Source: Octopus sinensis
Taxonomy: Eukaryota
Length of the DNA stretch: 64,000 bases
Assembly: GCF_006345805.1 (NCBI RefSeq)
Contig: NC_042998.1
Span: 198,214,001-198,278,000, forward strand
Reading direction: 5' to 3'
In this document: positions 1 to 11,924 of the stretch, one piece after another
Position numbering within the stretch: position 1 is the stretch's first letter
Layout of the letters: every line of letters starts with the position of its first letter
Made by a program: the position numbers and the translations under genes
Notes under the pieces: generated by a model
Told to the model about the DNA's origin: nothing
Seen by the model: the letters and a program-made list of their open reading frames with translations, nothing else
Databases searched by the model: none

Positions 1-7
1 ATATATA

Positions 8-49
<42 letters not shown>

Positions 50-88
50 TATATATAATATATTATATATATATATATATATATATTA
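1..88. repeat. (TA)n microsatellite
   Basis: Near-pure TA run at the window start. Confidence 0.95.
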
Positions 89-654
89 ATTACATTGTTG
101 CTAACACAATGTTTCATTATAGATGCTGACATTACATTACAGATACTGAAACATTACATTATATATTCTGGCACAACATTTAATTACATGTGCTGATACA
201 ACATTGCATTAGCAATGATGACATTACATTAGAGACGCTGACATAATATTTCATTATACGCACATACACAATATTTCTATCAGCTTTCTAAGATATTGAT
301 GTTTGGCCCCTACAACACCCTACACTAAACAAGTCTATTATTAAAAACATTCCAGTCTTTTAATCAGACATTATGCATCTAAACAAAGAATTGTGAATTG
401 AGAATGGTTTGGCAGCTATTTCTGGCAGTTTAAAAAGTGTTCAGAAGCTCCCTTGTTGCTCTAAGTAGATGCTTATGGTGTGTGAATTTTCCAAGAGGTC
501 ACCCATCTAAGTCTGGCATTGTCATACTTCAGTGATGACACAAACTGTTTTTGGTGTGATTATAGTCATAAGTTGGCCTGTCTACAATTGCTTTCATTCA
601 TCTTCAGCAGCTACAGATTAGAACTTGAGACTTTATTCGATTTAATAAATCAAA

Positions 655-1179
655 TCAAATCAAAATCAAAACCATTTCGATGACTGGCATCCGTGCTAGC
701 AGGGTGCAAAGAGCACCATACAAGTGTGATCATTGACAGAGCGGCTATTCGAGTATGATCGTTACCAGCGTCGCCTTACTGGCACTTATGCCTGTGCTAC
801 TAGGGTGCCAAGAACACCATCTGAGTGGGATCGTTGCCAGAGCAGCCAACTGGCTTCCATACCCGTGACACGTAAAAGGGCACCATTCGAGCGTGATCGT
901 TACCAACGTCGTTTCACTGGCACCTGTGTCGGTGGCACATGTAAAAAGATTCAAGCGAGTCATTGCCAGTACCACCTGACTGGCCCCCATGCAGGTGTCA
1001 CATAAAAAACACCCACTACACACTCGGAGTGGTTGGCGTTAGGAAGGGCATCCAGCTGTAGAAACTCTGCCAGATCAAGATTGGAGCCTGGTGCAGCCAT
1101 CTGGTTTGCCAGCCCTCAGTCAAAACCGTCTGACCCATGCTAGCATGGAAAATGGACGTTAAATGATGATGATGATGAT
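655..1179 (+). mobile_element. SINE-like family B (GAT-tailed), long copy
   Basis: Internal GTGCC-N3-GGCAC/TAAAAAGCACC modules, the GGTTGGCGTTAGGAAGGGCATCCAGCTGTAGAAA domain and a GGACGTTAAA(TGA)n tail; about 17 related copies in the window. Strand is defined by the tail. Confidence 0.8.
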
Positions 1180-1603
1180 ATTGACTGGTGGGTACTAGGG
1201 ATTCTGGGTATTGTGATAAGGCTGTGTAATGACAACAGGACAATAAATAAGAGATAAACTAGAAGCGTGAACATTTTAAAATTAAACAGATAATCCAGGA
1301 AGTTTCAGCAATATCATGCATGCCACCAGAATTAACAAATTACATTAGACTGTCCTAAATCGAATGATGTATTATGTCAGGTAACCAGGTCAGGGTTGGC
1401 CAATGACTAAATAACATAAAACAGTTACAGTCATAAATACTAACAACTATGTAAATTACATTGTCCTGTTTACACTATGTTGCAATAAAAGATAGTCTGG
1501 TCATAGCTGAGACATCTCTGACCAGGATCATGCAGGATCAGAAAGATTACCTGGGATTAAACAAAAACAAGTTTGAGAAGATAAAAAAAAATATATATAT
1601 ACA

Positions 1604-2016
1604 TAGGCGCAGGAGTGGCTGTGTGGTAAGTAGCTTGTTTACCAACCACATGGTTCCGGGTTCAGTCCCACTGCGTGGCACCTTGGGCAAGTGTCTTCTA
1701 TTATAGCCTTGAGCCAACCAAAGCCTTGTGAGTGGATTTGGTGGACGGAAACTGAAAGAAGCCCATCGTATATATGTATATATATATATGTATGTATGTG
1801 TGTGTATATGTTTGTGTATCTGCGTTTGTTCCCCCAACATTGCTTGACAATCAATGCTGGTGTGTTTACGTCCTCGTAACTTAGCGGTTCGGCAAAAGAG
1901 ACTGATAGAATAAGTACTGGGCTTACAAAGAATAAGTCCTGGAGTCGATTTGCTCGACTAAAGGCGGTGCTCCAGCTTGGCCGGAGTCACATGACTGTAA
2001 AAAGTAAGAGTAAAAG
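1604..2016 (+). mobile_element. tRNA-derived SINE family A
   Basis: A-box-like TGGCTGTGTGGTA, B-box-like GGTTCAGTCCC, internal TA/TG tract and GTAAAAGA tail; near-identical to 11509-11924 and 24917-25313. Confidence 0.88.
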
Positions 2017-2030
2017 TAATACATATTCTA

Positions 2031-2418
2031 TTATTTTATCACTTGTTTCAGTCATTTGATTGCGGCCATGCTGGTGCACCATCTTAAAGGGTTTAAGTAG
2101 TAGAAATCGACCCCAGGACTTATTCTTTGTGAGCCTAGTACTTATTTTATCATTCTTTTTTGCTGAATTGTTAAGTTACAGAAATGTAAAGAAACCAACA
2201 TCGGTTGTCAAGTGTGAGGGGACATTCACAGACACAATGACACACATAAACATATACATATGATGGGCTTCTTTCAGTTTCGGTCTATTAAATCCACTCA
2301 CAAGTTTTTGGTCATCCCAAGACAATAGTGGAAGACATTTGCCCATGGTGCCATGCAGTGGGACTGAACCTAGAACCACGTGTCAGGAAGCAAGCTACCA
2401 TACAGTCACACCTGCACC
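2031..2418 (-). mobile_element. tRNA-derived SINE family A, diverged
   Basis: Reverse complement of family A, tail-to-tail with the 1604-2016 copy. Confidence 0.82.
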
Positions 2419-3000
2419 ACATTCACACACACACACACCACACACACACACACACAGATTGAGGATTAACACAAAAACAAACATACATAACTACACACAG
2501 TAGTTAACAGTTCAACCTAAATAGTGAGCCCAGACCTTATCTACATATCTTTACTATCACTGAGTTCAAGATGGTGTATCCAGAAGAGAAAGAAGAAAAG
2601 CTATGGGCAGCGCACCCTCCTTCTCTGCCTTCTATAAACACGAACAAATACTACCACAAATGTTGACTTTAATGTGTCCACAACAGCTGGCCACAAAAGT
2701 AGTCAACTTATTTGAGATAAATTCTTTGATTATATTTTTCTGGTTTTTTTTTTGATTTTTCAATTCAATAATGACCTATAAAACTAAATCTATGTAGTTA
2801 CACACAACACAGATATATGTAAATATATATATATATATATATAAATATATATATATAAATTATAAATTATGGTATCTACAAGATACCACCATGCTGAACA
2901 TAGCAGCCATGATCTAACTCTAAAACCACCTTAATTGCCCATATATCAACAGGGAGAGAAAACGAAGGGACAAGATGAAACTATTAAAAAATTACTGGAT

Positions 3001-3425
3001 AATTCTAGATCCCGGATTTCTGGATTAGCATTTGGGAATACTTTGCCTCGTCAGTAGAATACACACAGAAGGGAAACATAAATACATATATATATAAGCA
3101 CAACATACGAATACTTACATATACGAACATATACCTACATATATATGCACGTATGATATATATATATATATATATATTGGTAAAAACGGTAAGATAACAA
3201 AAGAAAGAAAGAGACCTCAATATTATATAAAAACAGGAATTTATCTGTAAATGTAATATGTGACAATTATTCGGTAGGCAAGATAGAACTCTGAGTTTCA
3301 GATACTGAGAGAGATGGTGTTGTGGATTTCCACCTTGGCATCCAAAACTCAGAGTTTTATCTTGGCTATTGAATATTATACCACCAAATGAATACAGACA
3401 CAAACCACAATCACAAAATAACATT
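3001..3425 (-). mobile_element. Penelope-like element terminal relic
   Basis: Carries a hammerhead-like core at 3002-3060. Minimal hammerheads are a known hallmark of Penelope pseudo-LTRs. No RT or GIY-YIG coding sequence seen. Confidence 0.45.
3002..3060 (-). ncRNA. Candidate type I minimal hammerhead ribozyme, possibly degenerate
   Basis: Minus strand reads ATTCTA-CTGACGA-ggcaaagtattcccaaatgctaatcca-GAAA-tccggg-ATC-TAGAAT: perfect 6-bp stem I, CUGANGA core, GAAA, short stem III and an AUC triplet. Stem II closes imperfectly. Confidence 0.5.
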
Positions 3426-3437
3426 ATTTTACAGATA

Positions 3438-3448
3438 TATATATATAT

Positions 3449-3502
<54 letters not shown>

Positions 3503-3626
3503 GGATGGATGGATGGATGGATGGATGGATGGATGGATGGATGGATGGATGGATGGATGGATGGAAGGAAGGAAGGAAGGAAGGAAGGAAGGAAGGAAGG
3601 AAGGAAGGAAGGCAGGAAGGAAGGAA
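3438..3626. repeat. Compound microsatellite (TA)n-(TAGA)n-(TGGA)n-(AGGA)n
   Basis: Read directly from the sequence. Confidence 0.95.
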
Positions 3627-4107
3627 ATATTGGAGAGTTGCTATATCAAATAGTAAAGAAACAGAGAAATTAGTTTCGTCTTCATGAGAATAAAAACCAT
3701 TAACTTTGCCTGTTCTACTATCTTTGGACTTAATTTTCACTGTACTTTGTTTACAAAAATGGAAAGTGTTCTTACTAAACAACCTGCACAAGAAATTTGT
3801 TTCTAGTGGAGTAAGTTGTACAGAGCATACTCCCCTCTCTCCTAATTAAGTCACCTGAATTGGTGGTACAGAGTATGTCACATACCAGACATAAAATGAT
3901 TCATGCAAGAGAAGGAGTCAGGAATGCAAAACTCAAACTGACGTCAATCTGCTTTGGTGTCACAGTCCACATCACACCAAACACATCACCAAATGAATTC
4001 AGACACAAACCACAATCGCAAAATAACATATGTAACCATCAGCTACCATAGTTGAGATTTTAGAAATGGGTTTACCCCTGTAGAGGACATAGGACTCAAC
4101 TTTCTAT

Positions 4108-4521
4108 GAGATACTTTCCTAAGCATTTTTTGTGCCGGTGGCACATAAAATACACCATCCATACGTGGCCGATGCCAGCGCCGCTTTGACTGGTTTCCAT
4201 GCCAGTGGCACGTAAAAAGCACCAACCAATCGTGGCCATTGCCAGCCTCCCCTGGCACCTGTGCTGGTGGCACATAAAAAGCACCATCCGTACGTGGTCG
4301 ATGCCAGCACCGCCTTGACTGGCTTCCGTGCCGGTGGCATGTAAAAAGTACCCACTACACTCATGGAGTGGTTGGCGTTAGGAAGGTCATCCAGCTGTAG
4401 AAACACTGCCAGATCAGACTGGAGCCTGGTCCAGCCTCCTGGCTTCCCAGATCCTAGGTTGAACCGTCCAACCCATGCCAGCATGGAAAACGGACGTTAA
4501 ACGATGACGATGATGATGATG
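4108..4521 (+). mobile_element. SINE-like family B
   Basis: About four internal GGCAC/AAAAAGCACC modules, conserved 3' domain, (GAT)n tail. Confidence 0.85.
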
Positions 4522-4916
4522 TACGCTGAATATTGCTAGATAGTCATTGGCCCTATATTGAGTTCATTCATCCTTTTAACAGGCCTTGTTTCTATCTTAC
4601 AAGGTTTCAGTCCACAGACTTTGTATAACAGCAACCTCCCACATTAATCCATTGGCAATCATCTTATTTAGTTACTCTCAGGGCTGTGGAGTCAGTGATC
4701 ACTGATTCCAATTCCTCTTTTTGTAACAAGATTAAATAAATTCACACATCATAAAGGACCAATGAGAATAACCAGGCTATTTCCCAGCACCCTGTAATGT
4801 TAAGGGTTTAGGCTTGAATTTTACAGTTCTATTTATTGTTGTGACTTTTTATAATATTTATTACAGAAATTAATATTTTTATCAAAAGACTATAAAGTAA
4901 AAAGACATAACAGAAA

Positions 4917-5317
4917 TCTTTATATATAAAAATAAGGTTGTGTGTCTGTCTGTCTCCTACGATTTAGATTCCTAACTACTCCCACATTTTGCGGTGCAGT
5001 TTAACCAAAACTGGGTATCTTATAGTCGTGATTCATATCGAGCCCTTCTGGGTATTAGCGCGCATCTACGATGAGTCTACGATTAAAAAAAAAATTCACC
5101 ATCATTTTTTTCCATTTTAATGCATTTTTTCGCTATTATATAATGGAAGTAACTCTCTAAAAATGTCTACGATGAGCCAACGATTTAAAAAAAATTTACC
5201 ATCATTTTTTTTCCATTTTTAATGCATTTTTTTGCTATTTTTTGGCTATAACTCTCTAAAAATGTTTATATAGTTATTTCCCTTACAAACCCAAGCAACG
5301 CTGGTCAATACTGCTAG
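4917..5317 (+). mobile_element. Non-autonomous Helitron family H1
   Basis: 5' TC after A, 3' CTAG before T, subterminal CC(C/A)AGCAACGC(C/T)GG hairpin, no TSD; matches 21782-22178 and 62189-62783. Confidence 0.8.
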
Positions 5318-6279
5318 TGAATAATAAAAGTATGCTAAAAGAAAATCAGGAATCTCTTAGTTTATCAGTTTGAAAATTTGGAGTACATCAAAGTAAAAGC
5401 CAAAAGATTTAACACCTAAAGTACTTTTTTAAAAAATGGTCCTTTTAAAAGAAATACAACCCTTAAATAGAAAACATTTCCTTTTCGAGATTAAAGCATT
5501 ATTTGAATATAAAACTGAAGTGAATGCAAGATGAAAGATTGCATTACATGAAACAGGAATTAATTATATTGTAAGATATTGAAAAGCTAATCCCAACAAA
5601 ATTTATTAAATAAAAGCTATACTGATAGAATAAGGATTAGATCAAAAATACTTATTCAAAATTTATCAAACGCTTTGCCTTTAGAAACAGAACTGCTTCT
5701 AATAGAACCTCTTTTGTAGAAACCCTTAAATCTTATTTGATTATTTTTCAGTGCAGAAAGTAATCAAATTAATATCTGTCAAATTGGCAGGCATTTTTAA
5801 CCCAATATATTACAAGTTGTTATTTATAGCTGTATGCATTTCGAATATACACTGTTAAAATGATTTATTTCCATATTTCTTGAGGCAGCTATATTCTAAA
5901 TGAAACAGACTTGCTTTCCAGATTCTAAGAAGAAACTGTGTGCAATTTGATGGCAGAAGGACTGATAGTGACTTTAGTGTAATTGGTTAGCACACCTGTC
6001 ATGGATACAGAAGATAGGTGATTTCATTTTACCTGTAGCCTTTGGCTTCTTTTACTATCAGATTTTTTTCTTCACGTCAGTTCGTTTATTTTAGATTAAA
6101 ATCTGCACAGTGAATATAAAATATTTTGGTCTATGAATACTTAGACATAAACCCCAAAACCAACGAAATATTTCATTATATAATGTGTGCACCAACAGAA
6201 AAACTCTATACACAAACACACACACATAAGTACAACACTTAGACGCAAATGATGTCATTTATAAGTGTTACTTACTTAC

Positions 6280-6280
<1 letters not shown>

Positions 6281-6310
<30 letters not shown>

Positions 6311-6405
6311 CATACATACATACATTCATACATACATACATACATACATACATACATACATACATACATACATACATACATACATGCATGCATGCATGCA
6401 TGCAT
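6281..6405. repeat. (TACA)n then (TGCA)n microsatellite
   Basis: Read directly from the sequence. Confidence 0.95.
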
Positions 6406-6691
6406 AACAATATAGACAAGATTTAAACACAAAGATATTCATACCAAAAACTAGAGGCACATGCGCATAAACACATAGACTTATAAAAATGAATGTCATA
6501 CACAGATTAACACACAATTGAACAATTTCTTTACAGTAAGAAATGCTAGAACTTTTTTAAGTATTTTACGTAATTTCATGATTTACGAAAGAAATTTAAT
6601 TTAAACAGATCTCTGTCTCTCTTCCTCACTCTTTCACCTGCTAATTATATTGAACCATTTATCAACATGCATGCATACATACACACATATA

Positions 6692-6975
6692 TTCATCATC
6701 ATCATCATCTTTTAACGTCCGTTTTCCATGCTAGCATAGATTGGACAGTTCGACCGGGGTCTGGGAAGCCAGGAGGCTGCACCAGGCTCCAGTCTGATCT
6801 GGCACTGTTTCTACAGCTGGATGTCCTTCCTAACGCCAACCACTCCGAGAGTGTAGTGGGCGCTTTTTACGTGCCACCGGCACAGGTGCCAGGGGAAGCT
6901 GACAACGGCCACAAGCGGTTGGTGGTTTTTATGTGCTACCGACATGGAAGCCAGTCAAGGCGGCACTGGCATATG
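6692..6975 (-). mobile_element. SINE-like family B
   Basis: Starts (CAT)n-TTTAACGTCCGTTTTCCATGCTAGC on +, the reverse complement of the family B tail. Confidence 0.85.
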
Positions 6976-7459
6976 TGCATATTTAGGGATGAAAAATGAT
7001 GCTCACTATTTGTCTTCTAACTTCGCAGTTCAACAAGCAGAGGTACACAGGTACCAGAACTGAAAATAATTACTTGGGTCAGTGTTACCAAAACCCTTCA
7101 TGGTAAAGCCACAGCAGAGCCACAGTCCACAGAGTGAAACAAGTAATAAAATAACAGAAAGAATTTATTCATGTGTGTGAGTGTGTCAGAACCATTTTAG
7201 CAGCATTGTAGGCCCCTGGGTAAATCAATGCACTGGGCCCTATAGTATATATTTACTGAAAGTAAATCACAGTATATATAGATCGGAATTGGTCTCCAAG
7301 ACCCCGCGAAGCCCTGCTGCAACTGACTGCCCAGTGCGCCCATGCCTTAAGATGGCAATGGCGTGTGTGTGTGTGTCTGAAAGTGAGTATGTATAAACAT
7401 GTCTATGTAAGTGGATGTAAATACATGCATATACATACATATATTTGGACACACACACA

Positions 7460-7494
<35 letters not shown>

Positions 7495-7501
<7 letters not shown>

Positions 7502-7735
7502 TGAGGAAAGGAGAGCACAGCTGTGGTCGGACAGGCGGGACAGGAGGAGGACAACTGCAGCAACACCCCACACGTACCCATCGATGTTCGTGTGCAGCGA
7601 CTGTACCAGGAACTGCCACTCTAGAATTGGACTGTTCAGTCACAGCAGACGCTGCTCATCATCAAAGTAGGCCCCACCCTTGGCGCGACCCATTGTCTAT
7701 CAAGACAGACGGGAGAAGAAAGAAAAGGAAATATA
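7495..7735 (+). pseudogene. RTE-clade LINE 3' fragment (C-terminal C2H2-like knuckle)
   Basis: Translation ...FVCSDCTRNCHSRIGLFSHSRRC matches the RTE/BovB-type C-terminal motif; 5'-truncated inside a TA run. Confidence 0.8.
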
Positions 7736-8229
7736 TATATATATAAATGGAGTTTAACGTAGGTACAATTCAAATACTTTTACTTCCGACACATATTTCA
7801 AAGATATCACTGATATTATTCCAAAGGAATAAAATGGTGTAAGACAATGTAATATTCTCTTCAGGGAAGTGAAGAAATGAAACTAGTCAATAAGACATTT
7901 TAATAGAAAATGATGGGTATGTATAGTGATTTACTGAACGCTATTAATATTGTTTGAAAAAACGTTATATGATATAACGTCAGAAGTAGCCTTATTAGTG
8001 GCAACTATGACACCAAGCAATAAGAGCAACAACAGCAAACAGCAGCAGCAACAGGTCTGGCAGTGACAACAACAATTGCAACACCACCAACACAACAGCA
8101 CAAACATGGAAATAAGTCAGATCTACAAGTGGCCCATTCAAGCATTGTCTTAACAATCACAGGTACTCCTATAGAATATCAGAAGGTGCAACATCATGCC
8201 CGTGGCCAGCTGCATATCAAGAATCCTGT

Positions 8230-8560
8230 AAAACTCATTTGACCTGGGGAACTTTTTAAACTTCAAAAAAGTAACATTTAGTTAGTGCCCACATCAGAAG
8301 AAATTTGTGTTAGAAACATGGAATTCCCCATTTGTTGACTAGGTAAATGCTGCCATCTTCAGCAGGCCTGTCATAGACATAACTGGAACTGGTGTAAGGA
8401 AGACAAGTTTTGCCAGTAGAGTTTCATTCTGGAATATTTCCATTTACAAAATTAACTGAGCATGATGTTTTCTTCTCTCCAATTGTAGAGAGGTTATAGG
8501 CCTCAGGCCATCTGAGTCTGATGGATCACCTATACAGCTAAGCGCTTCATAGGTGGGAAA
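8230..8560 (-). pseudogene. Highly degenerate CR1-like LINE 3' relic
   Basis: Minus-strand peptides SLQLERRKHHAQLIL and KLVFLTPVP resemble SLEKRRHHGDLIL and ELFFTPAP of the 9200-9721 copy. Confidence 0.4.
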
Positions 8561-8603
8561 CTAATGGTAACCTTCTGACCAGCGATAACAAACAACCCTC
8601 GAA

Positions 8604-8660
<57 letters not shown>

Positions 8661-9199
8661 TACATACATACATACATACAAACATTCAATGATATTTGGA
8701 CAACACAAATACATGTGTGCCTATTCAAGTACCATTTAAATAAACTACACCTTTAAAATCAAAACTACAGAAGTAAAAATATGATGAATGGGAAACCAAT
8801 GAAGGAGCCTCCATGCAGAAGCTTGATCTGCAAGAAATAGCAGCCAAATTTCCTTCACATCACACAGTAATGTCTTTAAAAAAATAGGACTTATTAGATG
8901 AAGATATTCATGAATGCCTTTAGTAATATGTCACTTGGTTAAGGTTGACCCGACACAAAATGGCAAGGACAGCATTGAATAGTTGTGTATATATAAAGGC
9001 ACTAACACATAAAATACTTATTATTATCCCCCAAATAATTATATATCAGCATTAATTCTATCATATTGAGTTAATTAAGATTAACTCAACTGGGTTAATT
9101 TTAAGTTGTTTTATCGTAGTCATTAATGATTTCAGCTTATTTAAGGATATCTGCAAAATATTTGTTACAAAAAATACTTGTGATTGAAGTTTTTTTTTT

Positions 9200-9721
9200 C
9201 TTCTTGTGTCTATCGGATTCAAGCCTCTTCTCCTTATCTCCTCAAAGACATACATCATCCCGAAAGAGTCCAGAAGCTGGCTAACCGCATGGTTCTTGGT
9301 CTCAAGCATTTGTCTTATGAAGAAAAGCTGAAGACACTCGACCTTTATTCTCTAGAAAAACGACGCCACCATGGTGATCTCATTCTTGCTCACAACATCA
9401 TAAGCGGAAAGTGTAACCTCTCAAAAGAGCTGTTCTTCACTCCTGCTCCAGAGCGTCGGCTGCGGGGTCACTCCAAAAAGCTCTATCTGCAACAATTTCA
9501 TCTCAATCGAAGGATAGGGGCTTTCTCCGTCCGGGTTGCGAATCCGTGGAATAAGCTGCCGGATGAGATAGTGAAGATGCCGATGACCACTTGGTTCAAA
9601 GTTTCTCTTGACCAGAAATGGCCTGAACTCTTTGCATGAACACCCCTGTACATAACTCCATGTCCCCCTACATGGCCTTGCTTTTTGCTTTTTGAGCCAA
9701 AAAAATTAACTTAACTTAACT
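9200..9721 (+). pseudogene. CR1-clade LINE ORF2 3' fragment with 3' UTR
   Basis: ERVQKLANRMVLGLKHLSYEEKLKTLDLYSLEKRR...LRGHSKKL...FSVRVANPWNKLP is the typical CR1 C-terminus; (TTAAC)n tail. Confidence 0.88.
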
Positions 9722-9942
9722 ATCTAGTTTCTCCCCTGTATTGTCATGCATTTCAAGTGATATTTAGTCAGACAATCAGTTTTCTGAAGCTCCTGATAAA
9801 AACAGGTGTGTAATATGATTTTGTCAGAAATATACATGTTACAGGCCTCAAGAACTTAATGCCTGACAAATTGATTAGCCTAACCAAAGCCCTCTTAGAA
9901 AACTAAATAGATATTTGCATAACTAAGTTCCTATTATAGGGC

Positions 9943-10082
9943 ATTAGGAAGGACATCCAGCTGTAGAAACCTTGCCAGATTGGATTGGAACCTGGTGCAG
10001 CCTCCTAGCTTGCCAGTCCTCAGTCAAACTGTCCAACCCATGCCAGGTGGGAAAGTGGACGTTAAACAATGATGATGATGAT
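9943..10082 (+). mobile_element. SINE-like family B 3' fragment
   Basis: TAGGAAGGACATCCAGCTGTAGAAA...GGACGTTAAA-(GAT)n. Confidence 0.7.
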
Positions 10083-10397
10083 GAAATAGATTTACACACT
10101 AGGCATTTAAATTATCAATACTCTGATCAAGATAAAAATTTCTTTGTCTTTTTTCATTGAGTTTTTAAAACCCTAAACACATCAAATATTTGTTGTTGTC
10201 CAAAGAAGTTTTATTTTAGGATTAACTTATGTGTGTGATTACCTGGGAAGAGTGTTTGAATAAAGTACCTTTACTTGAAAACAAGTAAAGGTTGACATCA
10301 GGAAGGACATCCAGTCCAAAAGCATTGTCACAAGCAGTTTTGTCCAACTCATTTTAGTATAGTAAAAACAGACATGATCAAAATATATATATACAAC

Positions 10398-10612
10398 ATT
10401 AGCATGCCAGGCGAAATGCATAGCCGTATTTCATCTGTCGTTACGTTCTGAGTTCAAATTCCGCCGAGGTCGACTTTGCCTTTCATCCTTTCGGGGGGGT
10501 CGATAAATTAAGTACCAGTTACGCACTGCGGTCGATATAATCGACTTAATCCCTTTGTCTATCCTTGTTTGTCCCCTCTGTGTTTAGCCCCTTGTGAGTA
10601 GTAAAGAAATAT
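10398..10612 (+). mobile_element. tRNA-derived SINE family C, monomer
   Basis: B-box GAGTTCAAATTCC, central GTCGACTTTGCCTTTCATCCTTTCGGGGTCGATAAATTAAGTACCAG (resembles the Nin/Meta-type SINE core from memory), tail GTAGTAAAGAAATA. Confidence 0.85.
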
Positions 10613-10709
10613 ATATATATATTCTACAGCTGGATGTCCTTACTAACGCCCTATAATAGGGACTTAGTTATGCAAATATCTATTTAGTTTTCTAAGAGGG
10701 CCTTAGTTA

Positions 10710-10797
10710 TACTCTTTACTCTTTTACTTTGTTTCAGTCATTTGACTGCAGCCATGCTGGAGCACCGTCTTTAGTCGAGCAAATCGACCCCGGACTT
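10710..10797 (-). mobile_element. SINE family A 3' fragment
   Basis: TACTCTTTTACTTTGTTTCAGTCATTTGACTGCAGCCATGCTGGAGCACC. Confidence 0.75.
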
Positions 10798-11379
10798 ACA
10801 TGTATATAAAGCATTTATATCAATGTTATGTATGCATAAATGTGCATATGTGTGTGTGTGTGTGTGTAAATACACACATATACACAAATTTATATGTGTG
10901 TGTGTGTGTGTGTGTGTATCTTGTCAACATTCCATTTTAGCAACTACAGCTGTATAAATGTGGTAGGTGGTGGTAAGTAATATATATTGAATTATAGCTG
11001 TTTTGAGATTGTTGCCTTTCTTTTTTGTTTTCTTCTCTCCCCCCCCCCCACCGCCTCCATACAAACCAAAGTATTGATAAAATGAGGTAAGAATCATCAC
11101 TAGTACATATGAACTACCTTTTTTTTTTATTTACTTATTTTCTTTTCTAATAAAAGTCTGTTTAGTCTGAAATAGTTATGAATGATGACTGTGCTTACTG
11201 ACTTAACATGATTAACTTTGTTTTTTTAGGGGATTACCAGAGTTAAGTGAAATGACTAATGCTGCTGTTTAACCCTAGGTTAGATCTGATCAAGTAAACC
11301 TAACTAAGACTAAGGTTGTGTGTTTCTGCTGTGATCTTGGATTTGTTTATATATTGTCATTCTGTTTAATGTTACCCAC

Positions 11380-11441
11380 CTGGTTTTGGATGCCTTCAGA
11401 AGAGTTCACAATGTTGTAAGCATTTGGGACAGGACTCTGAT
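11380..11441 (-). CDS. Candidate internal exon, 62 nt, xQSPVPNAYNIVNSSEGIQNQ
   Basis: Acceptor CCCCTTGTTATCTTCAG, donor CAG/GTGGGT, open reading frame, non-repetitive sequence. Product not recognised. Confidence 0.3.
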
Positions 11442-11508
11442 CTGAAGATAACAAGGGGACTTCTTTCCTTTCATCAGGCTCAGAAACCTTGAACAAATAG
11501 TCCTACCA

Positions 11509-11681
11509 TAGACGCAGGAGTGGCTGTGTGGTAAGTAGCTTGCTAACCAACCACATGGTCCCGGGTTCAGTCCCACTGCGTGACACCTTGGGCAAGTGTC
11601 TTCTACTATAGCCTCGCGCCGACCAATGCCTTGTGAGTGGATTTGGTAGACGGAAACTGAAAGAAGCCCGTCGTATATATG

Positions 11682-11712
<31 letters not shown>

Positions 11713-11924
11713 TTGTGTGTCTGTGTTTGTCCTCCCAACATCGCTTGACAATCGATGCTGGTGTGTTTACGTCCCTGTAACTTAGCGGTTCGGCAAAAGA
11801 GATCGATAGAATAAGTACTAGGCTTCCAAAGAATAAGTCCTGGGGTCGATTTGCTCAACTAAAGGCGGTGCTCCAGCATGGCCACAGTCAAATGACTGAA
11901 ACAAGTAAAAAGAGTAAAAAAGAG
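11509..11924 (+). mobile_element. tRNA-derived SINE family A
   Basis: Full-length match to family A with A/B boxes and GTAAAAAGA tail. Confidence 0.9.

Noticed and set aside
10941-10972. 32-nt plus-strand exon with TTTTAG acceptor and GTAAGT donor
   Set aside because: Good sites but no linked exons; such pairs are expected by chance in AT-rich DNA.
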